Notes under the pieces: generated by a model
Seen by the model: the letters and a program-made list of their open reading frames with translations, nothing else
What the model was told of the DNA's origin: nothing
The model's database searches: none
NCBI GenBank assembly: GCA_977018835.1
Contig: OZ361256.1
Location: forward strand, 5,828,001 to 5,892,000
Length of the DNA stretch: 64,000 nucleotides
Origin: Minutocellus sp. GHC0000111
Taxonomy: Eukaryota
Direction of reading: 5' to 3'
In this document: one piece after another, positions 12,901 through 25,818 of the stretch
Layout: every line of letters begins with the position of its first letter
Numbering within the stretch: position 1 is the stretch's first letter
Made by a program: the position numbers and the translations under genes

Positions 12901-15067
12901 AGTTGCCGGTCGGAGAGAAGGGGGTTCATCATCTGGCGCATCTACCGCCCCTCGCGTACTCTTTGTCGTTCCGCTCTGCCCACCACCAATGGGAGCGAAC
13001 TCAAAGGGATCGGCACCCGCCGCCATAGCCCTGGCTTTCGTCGGCTGCTTCGCACCGCTGCTTGCGTTATCAGAGCCTTCGGTGCCGAGCAGCTCCATCA
13101 TGGCCGACGCCAGCTTGTTCGCTCCATCGACCAAATTGTTTTCTTCATCACTGGAATCATCGGCATCGACAATATCCAGCGGCGGATCGTCCGCCATCTG
13201 GCTAGAATCCACCACGTTACTCCTATCGGCAGCCATGGGACTGGACGACGGCGAGGGGGCAGCATCAGCGGCCGCCTCGGAGAACGGCGGCAGGTCCGAC
13301 CCAACCTCCGGATCCGGCTTGGACATGGCCGATGCCGCCGCTGCCGTCCTTGGCGTGGTGGCCAACTTCTTCTCCTTCTTGCCCTACAGATGATAAAAAA
13401 GACAGACAGTATTCACGTGAGAGAATGGCATAGGAACGGAATATCGCGCAACAAACAAGCAAATGCAATCAAATCCCAATGACCCTGTGCATCAATATAC
13501 AATCCCGTTGCTGGTTGCAACTCACCCTCATAATCATCTTGGACAGGAAGCGGTTCTTCTTCTCCTCGGCCTCCCTCCTCTCCCTCTCCTCCTCCAACCG
13601 TGCCTCGGCATCGCTCATCACCGTCGGCGCGTTGCTGGGACTCAACTCGTCCGACCCAATCAGCCCCTCCCGGCTGGTGTCGACCTTACTACTACTTTTT
13701 GCAGCAGCGGTGGCACCCTTCCAAGATCGGGGGCTGGCCACGGCACCCAAAACCCTCTCTTGCTCGTCGTCGGAGGGATATCCACCAGCGTTGGCACCAC
13801 CATCGGCGGCAGCGGCGGCGACGGGCGTGCCCTGGAGGGCAAAGTCCAGCATGGTGGCGGGGCTGGTGGCACCACCAACCGCATTGCCAGTAGCAGTGGG
13901 GGACGTCGCAAGGCCCGTATCGACCGAAAGGCCGCCGGCGGCGGCAGCAGACGAGGTCGGCGTCGGCAGCGACGGCATGGTCCCGAACGGATCGTGCAGG
14001 GCCTTCCCCCCGTGGTCGCTGGCGGCGGCGGCACCCCTGTCGGCCTTGCGCTGCGCCGACGGAGAGGGCGCAGCCCTGCCCTTCTGGATGTTGTTCTGGT
14101 TCTGGTGGTTGTGGGTACTGGTGCCCCTGTCCACGGACGTGTGGAAGGCATCCAAATCGTCGTCGGCGGGGAAGGCATCGTCGAAGGATTCGTCGAAGAA
14201 TCCCCTCCCCAGCTTCTTCCCGGGTTTGCGGTGGCTCCGTCCACCACCACCGCCGCCCATGCCGTTCTCGGGCATCGGCCGCGTGCGGTTGCTACCGCTC
14301 GCAGTGCTCATGGTGCTGCGGCCACCCGGACTGGCCATATCGGTCGGAGGCATCGAAGCAGCATCTCCTTCTCCTCCGCGAGAATCGTTCAGATGCGACT
14401 CGATCTCCCCCAGCGTCGGCGGCGGGGCGGCGCCGGTCAGCCGGGCGTTGAGCGCGTTGGTGGGGGACCGGAGGGCGGCCCCGTCGTGGCTCACAGAGTG
14501 GCGCGGGCTGACGACCTTGCCGGGATCGAGGACGCCGTCGTCGGTGAAGTAGTCGTCGTCGGACACCGGCCCTCCGCCGGGGGTGCCGGGCGACGGCGCG
14601 GCGGCCCCGGCGTAGATGGCCATGGCGGCCGAGAGGCGGGCCTCGACGGCCCGGCTCTTGGTGCTGCCCGGCTTGCGGCCCGACATGGGCTTGGAGTGGG
14701 AGGAGGAGGGGGCTGGCGAGGCTGCCGCTGGGGATGCTGCGGCATTGCCTCCTGCCGTGGAAGCATTTCCTTGGACGACGGCGGGCGACCGACCATTGGC
14801 GCTGCTGCTCGACAGGGCCGCGCGTGGACTCGACGCAATGGCGTTCCGGCCGGCACCGCGGGGAGTCACGGCCGGACTCGTCATTTCGGACGTCTTGGCG
14901 GCGGTGGCGTTGCGGTTGGACCATCTGGGAGAGGGGGCCGTCGGTGCCGCTGGTACAGAATCAGCGGCTTCAGCATTGTTGGCGGCAGAAGAAGAAGGAG
15001 AAACTCCCTCCGACGCCGCTGCTCGGGGGGAGACGGCGTTCAGATACCGCTCCCGGGCGGTCGCCAT
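9986..15067 (-). CDS. Large multi-IQ-motif protein with a disordered N-terminus and Ser/Arg-rich tail; exons about 15067-13526, 13383-12463, 12364-9986
   Basis: More than 15 IQxxxRG-like motifs. Introns GTGAGT(13525)..TAG(13384) and GTAAGT(12462)..CAG(12365), both phase 0, join three ORFs (MIMR-GKKEKK; PDF-NDPNLDPIQRAG). Start codon uncertain (15067 or 15217). Confidence 0.8.
10010..10362 (-). repeat. Coding tandem repeats of about 18 bp (RSSSRQ / RSSSRT)
   Basis: Two blocks of degenerate hexapeptide repeats in the IQ protein tail. Confidence 0.85.
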
Positions 15068-16246
15068 GCTGCAACCAAGAGATGCGCCCGGTGTGGAATG
15101 TGCCGTATCTTGCGCTGGAGGTCGTTGAGTTTCCACCGCGGCGGCAGACGAAGGCAAGCGAGGATTGCCTTTCTCGATCTTGTCGCCACTCTTGAAAGTA
15201 AACAGAAGTTGTGCCATTTTTTTCAGCGATGATGGCGCGCGCTGTCTCAACAGATTCGTTGGATTCACTCGACTGCATGCAACATGTCAGTTTTTCATCC
15301 GAAAAGACACGAAAGCCGGACAATTTTCAATTTTACTTGTTTCTGTTGGATGACCATCAAGCAAGTTGGGAGCAGATCCAAGTTGGGAGCATGGCGGGTT
15401 GAAGTTGGATTGCGGCCGCATGGAACGGCACCTCTTTGTGCGGCGTACACCATATCACTGCGAAGGGCAATGCACTCTTCTTGGCCTTGAGGCCGAACGC
15501 CGATTCGGCGTCTGCTTGTGCGGCATCGATGATGTGTGTATGTTTGTGATGAGAAACGGCGAAACGGTGAAACGGCGGCCGAAACGACAAAACCCGGCCT
15601 GTGAAAGTGAAAAAGGCCACATTTCACCCCCCAGCGCAGGCAATGATACTTCGTATTGTCATCTCACCATCATGCTGCATGGCCGAAATCCAGCCTGTCT
15701 CTTTCTCGCGTGCGTGCGTCCCCCCAAACAATCCCGCGCGGCACCCAAAGCAGAGAACTGTAGTCATTGAGGGAACAAATGTGGCCGGCCTGCTTTCTGA
15801 AATTGCCGCGTACCAATATATCTTGGCTCATGGCCTGCATTGTGCGACGAGATTGCACACAGAATAGGCTCGGAAATCGGCGAAGTCACCCCCCCCCCGG
15901 GAAACACTCGGCGCCAAACAGCCGCCTGTACAATTTAGGCCCAAGGCCACTCTGCCCCGTTCAGTTCCCGCATACTACTACGCTTTCAAAAATCGTTTTA
16001 CTGTCCGAGTCATCGCGGTCATCGCCCAATCACTTCCGAACTTCATCACACACAGGTCTGCATGCTTTCGCATTTCCCGGCCTGTTGCATTCTCTGATTC
16101 CTTCTTTGCCACACACAAAAGCGATGGGCCTCAAATTTGAGACATACACAACATCCCACACAAGTACTATGCACGGTGGAATGCAAATCACAAATTGACA
16201 TCTCACTTCTTTCCTCAATCCTGCTATCGACAAAGCCAAATCAACC

Positions 16247-16855
16247 ATGAACCGACCTCTCCCCACCATGTTCGCCAACACCTCCATCGCCCATACTGAG
16301 CAGGAGGAATACGACGGCCTCCTCCAAAACGAAATCGCCACCCAACGAGGAGCGATGGTCTCGTTCGAGGTCTCGCACCTGACTTTCGCCGAAGAGTTTC
16401 TCAATGATTTTGACGATCTCGACGATGACTCGGACGATGAAGACGACACAGCCACTTCTTCTACCGCTACCGACGAGCTCGATCAAGGCTACGCTCGCAT
16501 TGAGAGACGTCTCGTCCGCAAGCACGTCGTCTCAGGAGCCCTCACATGCGCCCCTTCCTCGTCCACCAGCGCCCACAAGGCCCCAACGTATCATTTCATG
16601 AGTCACTCCAAGAATCTAGGCCTTTATGACTTCACCGCTCCAGATGCGTCCCGTCTCAGCGCCAGTAGCACTACGCCTACCGCCCCGCCAACCAGCCGCC
16701 GAAGGGCTAATAGCTGCCCCACTACAGACCTATCCGGCCTCATCGTCAACCTTATCGCCAATCCTCCCGCCACCAGCGAAAACACTGAACTGAAAAAGGA
16801 TGTAGTTGTCTCCGAAATAAAGGAGTCAACCAAGGATCAAGCCCCTGCTGCATGA
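16247..16855 (+). CDS. Hypothetical protein with an acidic patch
   Basis: 202-aa ORF with ATG and coding-like codon use; no recognised domain. Confidence 0.55.
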   Translation: MNRPLPTMFANTSIAHTEQEEYDGLLQNEIATQRGAMVSFEVSHLTFAEEFLNDFDDLDDDSDDEDDTATSSTATDELDQGYARIERRLVRKHVVSGALTCAPSSSTSAHKAPTYHFMSHSKNLGLYDFTAPDASRLSASSTTPTAPPTSRRRANSCPTTDLSGLIVNLIANPPATSENTELKKDVVVSEIKESTKDQAPAA

Positions 16856-17073
16856 ATGCGAAAAGATATTGTCTGTCGAGCTGTGTCCATACTTAGAAGA
16901 GGACCGGCAACGTATATATTACATTAGGATTGTACATACATTTTTTGCATGAAACAGGCTTTCCAGCACAAACGTAAATAGTAAAGACAAAGCCGAGTCA
17001 CATGTTACTTTGAATTACTACTATCTACTAGAGTACACGTACAGCAGATTCTATCTTACTTGTTCCACTTACT

Positions 17074-20000
17074 TTATGCATAAGCTTCATCGTCATCGGC
17101 AAACGTTTTGTCGATACTATCGATCATTATGGCTCCAGTTAGGGGACATTCTGCCGCGATAAGACCGTCGAGGTCACACTGTAAGTTCTCCAGCTGATCT
17201 TCTTCTTCGGGACGCAGCATGCTGGTTGAGTCTGCAGAGACCTTGTTGTTGGCTTGCACCAGTAGTTTGTCAATGCTGCCCACGATATCCTCCATGCGAG
17301 AGGATTGCTGCTCGTTGAGATGCGGCTTGACTGCATCCTTTAGAGCACTCTCCATGAAAGCATGGCCGGAAGGGAAGACGTAGCGCCCCTCGCCGTCTGA
17401 TTCTAGCGACAGGAGCGGGGTTTTGGTCGATGCACACTTGGCACTATCGGCCACACTGACAGAACTGGCCTCGAGACGGTTGATTTCCTTCCTGAGGTCA
17501 GCGCAAACCTGTTCGCATTTGCTCATATCCTTCATGCACTGTTCAATCTCGGAGGAGTAGGCAGTAAGGGCCAGGCAAATATCTCCCTGGAGTTGATCGA
17601 TGTGTGTAAAGTCTGGGAGGAAGGGCAGAACGTTTTCTATGGAGAGTACGTCTGGTCCACACTCATTGAGGACCGAGGCGACGGATGCCACGACATCCTT
17701 GCCATCGCTACCACCCGCTGCCGCACTGCGAGCGATCATCAGCCAGAGGTGTTTCTGTTCCTCGGGATCGCTGCTCTGTCTTGTGATTTCTCGAGCAACC
17801 GATGGGTCAACGTTGATTGCCAATTGTACAGCCTTTTGGCGCATGTCCAGTGCGACATAAAGCTTGACGGCGGATCGGAAATGTCTACCCGTCTTGAGGA
17901 TCGCGCGGAGAGCATAGTTCATATCCAGGGGCGACGAACGCATTCTGCGTGAAGGCCCACTAGAAGCGCCCAAGTTGGATGGCATGTGAACGGAGAGGAA
18001 TCGGTGGAGCGGAGTTTCGTCATCCATCGCCGCGTAGAGGCGGATCAAATAGGTGTAAACGGCTGTGCTTCGACATCCAAGCCGAATGACACCCTCTAGA
18101 TAGGAAACCGATGCATTGCTATCATCCACAAAGTCTGCACTGGAATTTGCTCCATCTTTGCTCAGGAGTAATTCCCTCCTCCGACTGTCGTATTGCATGA
18201 GGGCCGGAAGAAGCTTCGACGGAGAGAGTCCCTCGCTGTACTTGGCAAGAAAGCACTTCACAGATGCCATCGGTGCCCGAGCAAGGAGCAAGGGAGCAAA
18301 TTTGTAGTAGCAGGGCTCTGCCTGTTCGAAGGGGGCCTCCGAAAGAACTCGGATAGCACCCAGAGCGCCGTCCGGCCCAAAGTAGCCATCGAGAGACGCC
18401 GATATCGCAGCTCCAATGTCGCTGGAAGAAGAAATGCACCCAGCATATTCCGAGGCATTGATGTCGTGTGCACCCATCACGCTGAGGATTGCCGGTGCTG
18501 TCTGTTCTGCAATGATGTTCCCAGAATTGGAAGATAGAACTTGTCGAAAGTAGTTGTGGCTATTGAGTGCTCGAGTCTCATTTTGCCGCTTCTGTTGTTG
18601 GGAATCCCCAGCTGAGGACGTGGATTTTCTAGTAATCTCGTCAAGATGCAACGAAGCGAGCCAGGACGCAATCATGGTGTACGAGACGGAGTCATCTTTC
18701 ACCTTTGCTAGGCGCATTTTGGTGCTGAGGTAAGATATGAGCCCAATGTTGCTCGAGGCCAGAGCATCCTGTGCGTTCGAGGAGAGGAATTGTTCGTTTG
18801 GTACCTTGATCTCCAGCGCTTGCACGCCAAGGAGAACGGATGTTTTGTCGAAAGGAAGAAGCTGAGGTGGACAATCGGCCATTAACTTGGCAGCAACATC
18901 AATCCGCCCACCGAGTAAGTGAAATTCGGCCCTGGTTGCGACGACCGCTTTTTGGAGATTATTGGTACACAGGGAAGCTGCGTGCTCAAACAAAGCGTCG
19001 GTCTGGTCGTAGGATGGCGAGGACGAAGGTGACGACCCGCTGAGGAGCCTCGAATTGTCCAGGCACTTTTGCAATGCATACATCCATTCATCTCTCGTCT
19101 CGCATGAGGACGAGACATGAACAAGGCACCTAGACTTGCGCAGCCAAACTTGGTCGGGCCGTCGGCTGTCCATCAAAAGTTCCGCTGCACCCGGCCCAAT
19201 GTGTTCGTCGCCGGCCATTTTGGCCATGGACATCCAATTGACCCTCTCATTCTGTATCGCCTTTAGGGCCACTCGATTCACAAATCGTACATCGTCGGGG
19301 CCACACAGCAGAATGAAATGGTTGGGTGTCATGGCCGTTGCTGTCGGTAGGCCCATTCCAACCTTGTCTTCAACATCGCTGTAGGACAAGAGGCCAGATT
19401 CGGCAGCACCGCCGGTGGACAGCTGCCGAACGATAGACGCCGAGCCGGCACTGTGGATATTGCCGTAGTACAGCCCCGTTTCCGTCTTGATGGAAAAGTC
19501 ATCGCCGCAAATAAGTAAGTCGGCGAAGGCCACGAATCCAGGCAGCTCAATGAACGATGATCGACCTCCCTCGGACGAGAAGGTGGTCGCAAAAGACGCG
19601 GAAGCGCCGCTTGCAGGTGCTGTCGGCGACGAATACGATTGCGAGTTTGTATGAAAGGTGTGTAGCCTCGTTCGTTTGGAAATGCCGCTCGTCACGGCAA
19701 GAACAAACGGGCCGTCTTGATAAGACATACTTGATGAACTGGGTCGTTCAAAATGTATACCGCTCACGATTGTGTACGCAGCTCCTCCTCCACCCCCTCG
19801 GCTCCTCTCTTCCTTGCTCCGGCCAGAATCAAATCGGTGCAACAGCACTGGCATACCCTCATCCGAACCACCACTGCCGCTGCTCCGACTTGACGACGAT
19901 GTCGTCGCACCATGGTCCGCACCATTTAGAGCAAACTCATACACCTCCCCCATGGACGTACCGAGCAGGATCTTCTTGCTGCTGCCCTCAGTACCATGGG

Positions 20001-21430
20001 ACCGATCCCACCCGACAGCCGTGACGTACGAACCGGACGTCAAACCCAGCTGACGGGTGGTGCCACTTCCGTCGACGGATGTGGCACCGCCGGCATTGCT
20101 CCTTTTGCAGCTCGGACTGCCGTCGGGGTTGGGACCGAATCCGGCCAGCTTGACGGCCTTTTGCGACGTGGAGTGCAGGTAGTACGCCTCGCCGTTCTGG
20201 GCCGAGGCCAGCACGTGACAACCCGTTGGATCGACAAAGACGTGAGCTATGGAAGTCGCATTATCGGCACTGTGGGTTCCACTACCGGTACCGGTGCCGC
20301 CCGACGGCAATACCGGCGGAGGCAGTGCCACGAGAAATTCTGCTGCGGCCGCTGATGAGGATGCAGATGCCGAGGCCGGCGCCGCCATGGTGGCCGTCGT
20401 CGTTCCCCTCCGTACGTTCCATCGACTAATCATTCGGAGGGGTGGCTGGTGATTGCTGCTACTACTGCCACCGCTGCCACCTTCCGCCGCCGTCGGACAG
20501 TCCACGGCCGCCACGATCCAACCGTTGGCCGATGCGACACAGTGGGCCGCGGGGGGTCGGACCGGGCGGCTGGTACCGCTGGCATCGAGGGCGGCTGGCG
20601 TATATGTCATATATAATCCCACCAAGTCGATTCGATTCATTGTTGCGCAAATAAATGAACACAAATGATGAGACCAATGGATATGCCACAACAAGGATAA
20701 ATAGAAATCGATAGATGCAAACCAAGCACCAAACGCGCCAACCGCCAGTTCAAAAACAAGAACATGGAACAACAATAAAATACACAACGCCTTCACTTTT
20801 TCACGCACCATCTTCCTCGGCATTGTATCCCGAGCTCCCACCGCCCGACGAACTTGCACCGCCCCCTGCACTCCCGGTCCATCCCTTGACGTAGCTGGAG
20901 ATGCCGTATCCGCCACCGCTATTGCCCGAACTGGGAGCATCGCCACCACCCGCACCTCCTCCACCCGCAGCGGCTCCGCTGCCATCGGCATCCTCCCCAC
21001 CATCGGCCGCCGCGTCTTCGGCACCGACTCCGACGTGGCCGATCGAACGGAGGAGGCGGGCGTACGCAGAAGGCCGGAGGGCAGAGGGGAGGGGCCACTC
21101 CACGCCTCGGGCGGTCCAGATGGGCTCTAGGCCGCCACTATTGTTGTTTGCATTGTCGTCATTTGCATTGCCGTAGTTCGTTGTACTTGTGTTTGCAGCA
21201 GCACCAGCGTCGTAACTGCTCCCACCACCCCCGAGGGCCGGGTGCGTATCTTGCTGCTGCCGGCTGTAGCGGGAGTAGTGCTGCGGCTCGGAGGCGGCGG
21301 CTGGTGGTAATCGGTGCTGGGGACCACGGGGGGCAGGGCGGCGCCTGGAACCTCCACCACTGGAGGTGGGTGGCAGCTCGTCGTCGGCATCGTCGTCGTC
21401 GAACGGGTTCGTCGAGGTTGGGGGCCTCAT
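17074..21430 (-). CDS. VPS18: Vacuolar protein sorting 18 (Pep3/Vps18, HOPS/CORVET); intron about 20808-20595
   Basis: FVDPTGCHVL..GEAYYLH, VTAVGWD, ILLGTSMGEVYE, LSIENVLPFLPDF, YVFPSGHAF and LDGLIAAECPLTGAIMIDSIDKTF. The phase-1 intron joins ORF 20801-21430 to ORF 17074-21024. Confidence 0.92.
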
Positions 21431-21699
21431 CGTTGCTTTGCTCTCATCTTGCTTTGCTTCGACACGAGAAACGGCACAAGAGTGTTGGTTTTACATGTGG
21501 CAGGGTTTCAAGAGAAATCTGGGGGACCGTGGAAGAAAAGGGGGTACTTGCTTCGTATCGCCTTCCGCCGTCTGGCAGATCGGGCTGACCTGTCACCAGT
21601 CACCAGCATATCCTGGTGAGGTTCCCTCCGACGCCGCCAGCAAATAAGCAAAACATCGGAACCGCTTTGCATTCAATTGACTGCTCGGAGATAGAAGCG

Positions 21700-22998
21700 A
21701 TGTCAGGAGAGGAAACGAGCCAGGGGTCGGCGGCACCAGTTGTACCACAAGATCTGGCCGCCATGACCATATCCGGCGAAGCAGGACATGTAGCAGGAGC
21801 GGCAGCGCAGACCACCGTCGCAGGTACCACAAGCGCCGCCACAAACATTGGAAATACCCAGGCGCTTCTCCCTGCGCCGGTTTGGGCCCACTCCTTCGAT
21901 TATCTGCCCTACGAACACGTCCGGTCGGCCCGGCTGGTTTGCAAGCTGTTCGGTAAGGAGGTGCCACGCCACGTCGACACCCTCAGCATATTCAAAAGCG
22001 CCGAGATGGACGTCCCCAGCGCTAGACGCTATCCCAACGTGAGAGATATAGGCGTGTATTGTCTGCTGCAGCGCAAATTGGTAAGAGTTGCAAGTAGGCC
22101 CCGCCCAGCGGATGTGGTAATCTTCAACGTCAAGGCATTCCAGAAGGTTGTGAGCTTCCTCCCTGCCTTCACGGGTTTAGAAAAGCTCTTCTTGGGAGGG
22201 TTGTCGATTTCGAGGTTTCAAGGTCAAGTCATGCTCCTTCGCGAAGAGTATTTGCCCAACATGGGGCTTCTTTCGGTCCCAAGGAATCACAAGGATGTCG
22301 TCCGACAATTCCTGGGAAGCCTCTGCGATGCATTCCAGACGAGAGCACTGTCTCAGGACATCAACCTGAGGTTTATGTCTCACAATCAGGACGGCCATCT
22401 GTGTACAGAGGACGAGGGGCAAAGCTGGATTTGTAAGAAAATTTTTGAGTCCCTACCGCTTGACTTTTGCAGCGACTTGGCATGCCGCTGCATGTCCTAC
22501 AAGGAGCGACTTGAAATTATGGCCAAACGGCCAGCTATCAAAGCATCGTTATCGAGCCCTGAATTTCTGGAAGGGTATCTGAAGAAACACCACACAGTTT
22601 ATGGCGGTAAATCGATTCCTATCGAAGATCTCGAACCAATCTACAACGCCACTGGTTTTGTTGTCCCACAGGGTGGTCAGGGTGGATGCTTGCCTTATGT
22701 CTATTCCGCTGCATCACTTCGCAGGGTTAGAGACATCATCGCTCTTGGCAATGATGCTCGAAAGGTGAACATGGCCGAGGTCTTCAAAATGCAGTCGTAT
22801 TGGAAGGTGTTCGAGGTGACCCCTGCTCTAGGGATGGTAACTTTCAACATTTTTACAAAACTTGGTTTCAACATTTCGACAGACAATATCTTGATTCTCG
22901 ACGAAGAGGCTTTTCCACACTTGAACCAATACGATATGAACATTTATTTGGGGGAACGTGAAGGTTTGATTGAACTCTGGAGAGAGCTCGAGGGTTGA
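21700..22998 (+). CDS. Hypothetical protein with an N-terminal F-box-like motif
   Basis: LPAPVWAHSFDYLPYEHVRSARLVCK; intact long ORF. Confidence 0.6.
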   Translation: MSGEETSQGSAAPVVPQDLAAMTISGEAGHVAGAAAQTTVAGTTSAATNIGNTQALLPAPVWAHSFDYLPYEHVRSARLVCKLFGKEVPRHVDTLSIFKSAEMDVPSARRYPNVRDIGVYCLLQRKLVRVASRPRPADVVIFNVKAFQKVVSFLPAFTGLEKLFLGGLSISRFQGQVMLLREEYLPNMGLLSVPRNHKDVVRQFLGSLCDAFQTRALSQDINLRFMSHNQDGHLCTEDEGQSWICKKIFESLPLDFCSDLACRCMSYKERLEIMAKRPAIKASLSSPEFLEGYLKKHHTVYGGKSIPIEDLEPIYNATGFVVPQGGQGGCLPYVYSAASLRRVRDIIALGNDARKVNMAEVFKMQSYWKVFEVTPALGMVTFNIFTKLGFNISTDNILILDEEAFPHLNQYDMNIYLGEREGLIELWRELEG

Positions 22999-23298
22999 AC
23001 GCATTCGAAGACAGAAGAAAACGTCCTAGTAGATACGAAATAGTTGGACAGCGGCCTACCGTTATGGAGGGAATTAAATTTCAAGAGCCCTGCACGATCG
23101 TAAATCCAGCAAATAACACCAGTAGAAAATAAAAAAGGAAGGAGCTATACATATATGTGTGTCAAGTGGTAGATGCCGTTTAAGGAAGGCTACGTTCCAG
23201 GGCTATTAGTATTCTGGAGCTTCCCACGCACGCCAAGCACCGTCTTCCCATTTCTCTCTTTATTACTAATTTTCGATCACTGCGGTACAATGCCCACT

Positions 23299-24162
23299 TC
23301 AATCCTTCAACCCCTCGACCAGTTCCAATAGATGGAGGACCGAAAGGCCAGCCGATTTCCACTTCTCTCCGACTTCGTCAGCCCTCGAATGATAACTCGG
23401 ATCCTCATCGAACACATGACGGGACTTGCCACACCGACAAAAGTCTGGATCGCCGGGACAGATCGATGCATCCTCTTGGGCCGCGAAGCGCAGTCCCAGC
23501 TCGGTAATTTGGACGGCAGTAGGATCGAAGTTGACGTGCATCCCGAAGCAGAATCCGTCGACCATGGCACCCTCCGAATCGGCCAGGTGTCGAGCAACCA
23601 TTTCCTCTCCCTTTTGCCCCAGGTTGAGGATGGTATTGCCCCCAGATCTGGTTCCCTCGGGGGCAAAGATGTACCGTAGGAACGGAGTGTCGCAACCCAG
23701 GTACCGAAGCTCCCCCTCGTCTTCGGGTACCCTGGCGATGAACCTGCTGGTGCCGCTGTAGGGGTTTTCCAGCACCACGGGATGGTCCAGGATGCACACA
23801 CCGGCATCACCACCGTCGCCATTCTTGCGGACGACGTGGGCCGTGGCGATCACATCTCCCTGGGTGGCAAAGATGGCGGCCCGGACGTCGACCGGTGTTT
23901 GGAGGGTGTATCGCACTTCTCCCGGCTCCTGCAGCATCGACTCGACGTTGTGGTAGTCGTCCTGGATCCAGGCATACTTGCCGAACCTGTCGCTCCGGTG
24001 AAAGTCGGGCACGTATGTGCTGGCGTTGAAGAGACTGCCGCCGAGTTTATCCCCTGGAATGTCCTGGGAGAGGACGATCACGTCGCCGCCTCCCTCGTCT
24101 CCGTTCGCCTTGAGCTGGATGCGGAAGACGACGTCGCAAGTTTCGGGGTTTCAAAGGACCAT
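23299..24162 (-). CDS. Hypothetical protein; in-frame TGA four codons after the candidate ATG
   Basis: High-GC3 open frame from about 24150 to 23299; ATG GTC CTT TGA AAC CCC at 24162. Confidence 0.5.
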
Positions 24163-24202
24163 GGAAGAAAAGGGGGCCACGTGAACAGCATTTTTGCATT
24201 CA

Positions 24203-24228
24203 TGAGAGAGAGAGAGAGAGAGAGAGAG
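24203..24228. repeat. (GA)n microsatellite
   Basis: Directly visible. Confidence 0.9.
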
Positions 24229-24297
24229 CACCATACCACCGCACCGCCATCGTTCGCTCAACTGGTTGTTCTATGACTTGCGTATGCTACCCATAGG

Positions 24298-25296
24298 ATG
24301 ACAAGCGAGGGCGCTTCGTGCTGGATCTGTCTAGGACCTAGAGGGCGGCGAGGACGGCGCCCTCGTGCGCAACTGTGCGTGCCGTGGGGAAGATGCCGGG
24401 TTCGCCCACCTCTCCTGCCTCGCGCAGTACGCCCGGAGCAGCAACAGGGACCACATGCGGAAGAACAGCAACAATGGCCGTGGTGGTGAGGAGATCGTCA
24501 TGAACAAGATCACCGAGCCCTGGAAGTTCTGTCCCAACTGCAAGAAGGCTACGGCGGCGACGTCGGTCTGGACCTGGCCCGTATGTTTTGGGAAGACGTT
24601 CAAGACCTCGGGGAAGACCACCCGAATTACATGAACTGCCTTCTCGTCCTTGCGGATGCGTGCATCGGCAAAGATCTTGCCAAAGAGGCATACTGCCACC
24701 TCGAGAAGCTTGCGACTCTGCTCGTACTACGAGGACAGCTTGATGGAACGAACGGTTGAGGATCCCATCGCATTGCGAGTGTCAGTGCTGGACCGACTTG
24801 TCGTGGCATCGATTGGCCAGGATGACCTACAGCGGGTTTTGTATTGGGCCATCGAGTCTCGAAAGGTCGCCGAAGCGTTGTATGGTGAGGGTCATCCTGC
24901 AACGGAGGAGCAAGTGCAGTGTATGAATTATTTGCGAGGCCTTATTAAGGTTCATGGTGGTGGCGAATCGATGACGACATTTAAAATCCGAACTCATGAA
25001 GAAAGTTATGAACTGCTCAGGAAGCGGCACGGTGAAGAAAATCACGAATCACTCTTCGCCAAAGCCATCTTGGGGGAGGCGGAAATAGCAAGAAGGGAAT
25101 GCCAATGATCAAAGAGGCGTTCCAGTTGTGCCTTCGTGTTTATGGCCCAGAAAATGATCACTCAAAATCGATGCGTAAACTGTACTCCAATGCAAAGGCG
25201 CGATATGGGCCAAAGACGGCAAAGATAGTCGGTCTTTTTTTTTTTGCAGCAGCAATTCCTCGCCTATACTATTGTTACAAAAGGGTCTATGTCTAG
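24298..25296 (+). pseudogene. RING-CH (RINGv) zinc finger + TPR/kinesin-light-chain-like repeats, fragmented
   Basis: CWICL / RNCACRG..GFAHLSCL / WKFCPNCK lie in different frames; YGEGHPAT, HGEENHES and VYGPENDHS are TPR-like. At least three frame breaks. Confidence 0.75.
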
Positions 25297-25410
25297 ATCC
25301 CGCCCTACAGTTTGCTAATAAACTGATATACCAAAGTGAATTGGTGGCGGGCCAACAGAATAAAGTAAATTCATTCTGAGGCTTCGTTCCTCCAGTTGGC
25401 CTGAGTTTCC

Positions 25411-25818
25411 CTATCCAAAGCTTCTCAGAGGTGCAAATCTCTCCCGCGAGAGTAGGGCATCAATGATAACGTCGGCGGAGGGAGCTCCAATGATGCACTG
25501 GTCCTTTACTTTGTCGTAGGACATGCATGCTTCTAGCGCAGCAACTCTGTGCGCCAGACCTGGAAGGCCAGGGTTGTCGATGAAGAGATCGGCGGGAGGG
25601 CCGTTGCCACGAGAGTTTCCTTGCAGACCACGGACTGTGCCGGCGCGGCGGGCGTCTTCGAACGTCTTAATCTTAGCTTCGAGTTCAGATATCTTGGCAG
25701 ACATATCGTCAAGAGTACGAATAACGATGTCGTCAACGTCCTTCGTCGAGGCGGCGGCAGCTTGAGTACTGGCAAGCAGGATGGTCATAGCGACATGGAA
25801 GGTGGGAGAGAGCTTCAT
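25411..25818 (-). CDS. Small secreted protein with a coiled coil
   Basis: MKLSPTFHVAMTILLASTQAAAA signal peptide; VRGLQ motif. Confidence 0.6.
   Translation of the reverse strand: MKLSPTFHVAMTILLASTQAAAASTKDVDDIVIRTLDDMSAKISELEAKIKTFEDARRAGTVRGLQGNSRGNGPPADLFIDNPGLPGLAHRVAALEACMSYDKVKDQCIIGAPSADVIIDALLSRERFAPLRSFG

Noticed and set aside
9986..15067. Calling the IQ protein ASPM or myosin
   Set aside because: No calponin-homology, ASH or motor domain is visible.
13463..15232. 589-aa plus-strand ORF (and similar antisense ORFs at 4639, 35323 and 41417)
   Set aside because: Shadow ORFs of GC-rich minus-strand exons that have splice support.
15300..16200. Several overlapping 60-140 aa ORFs
   Set aside because: Intergenic/promoter-like sequence with no consistent frame or domain.
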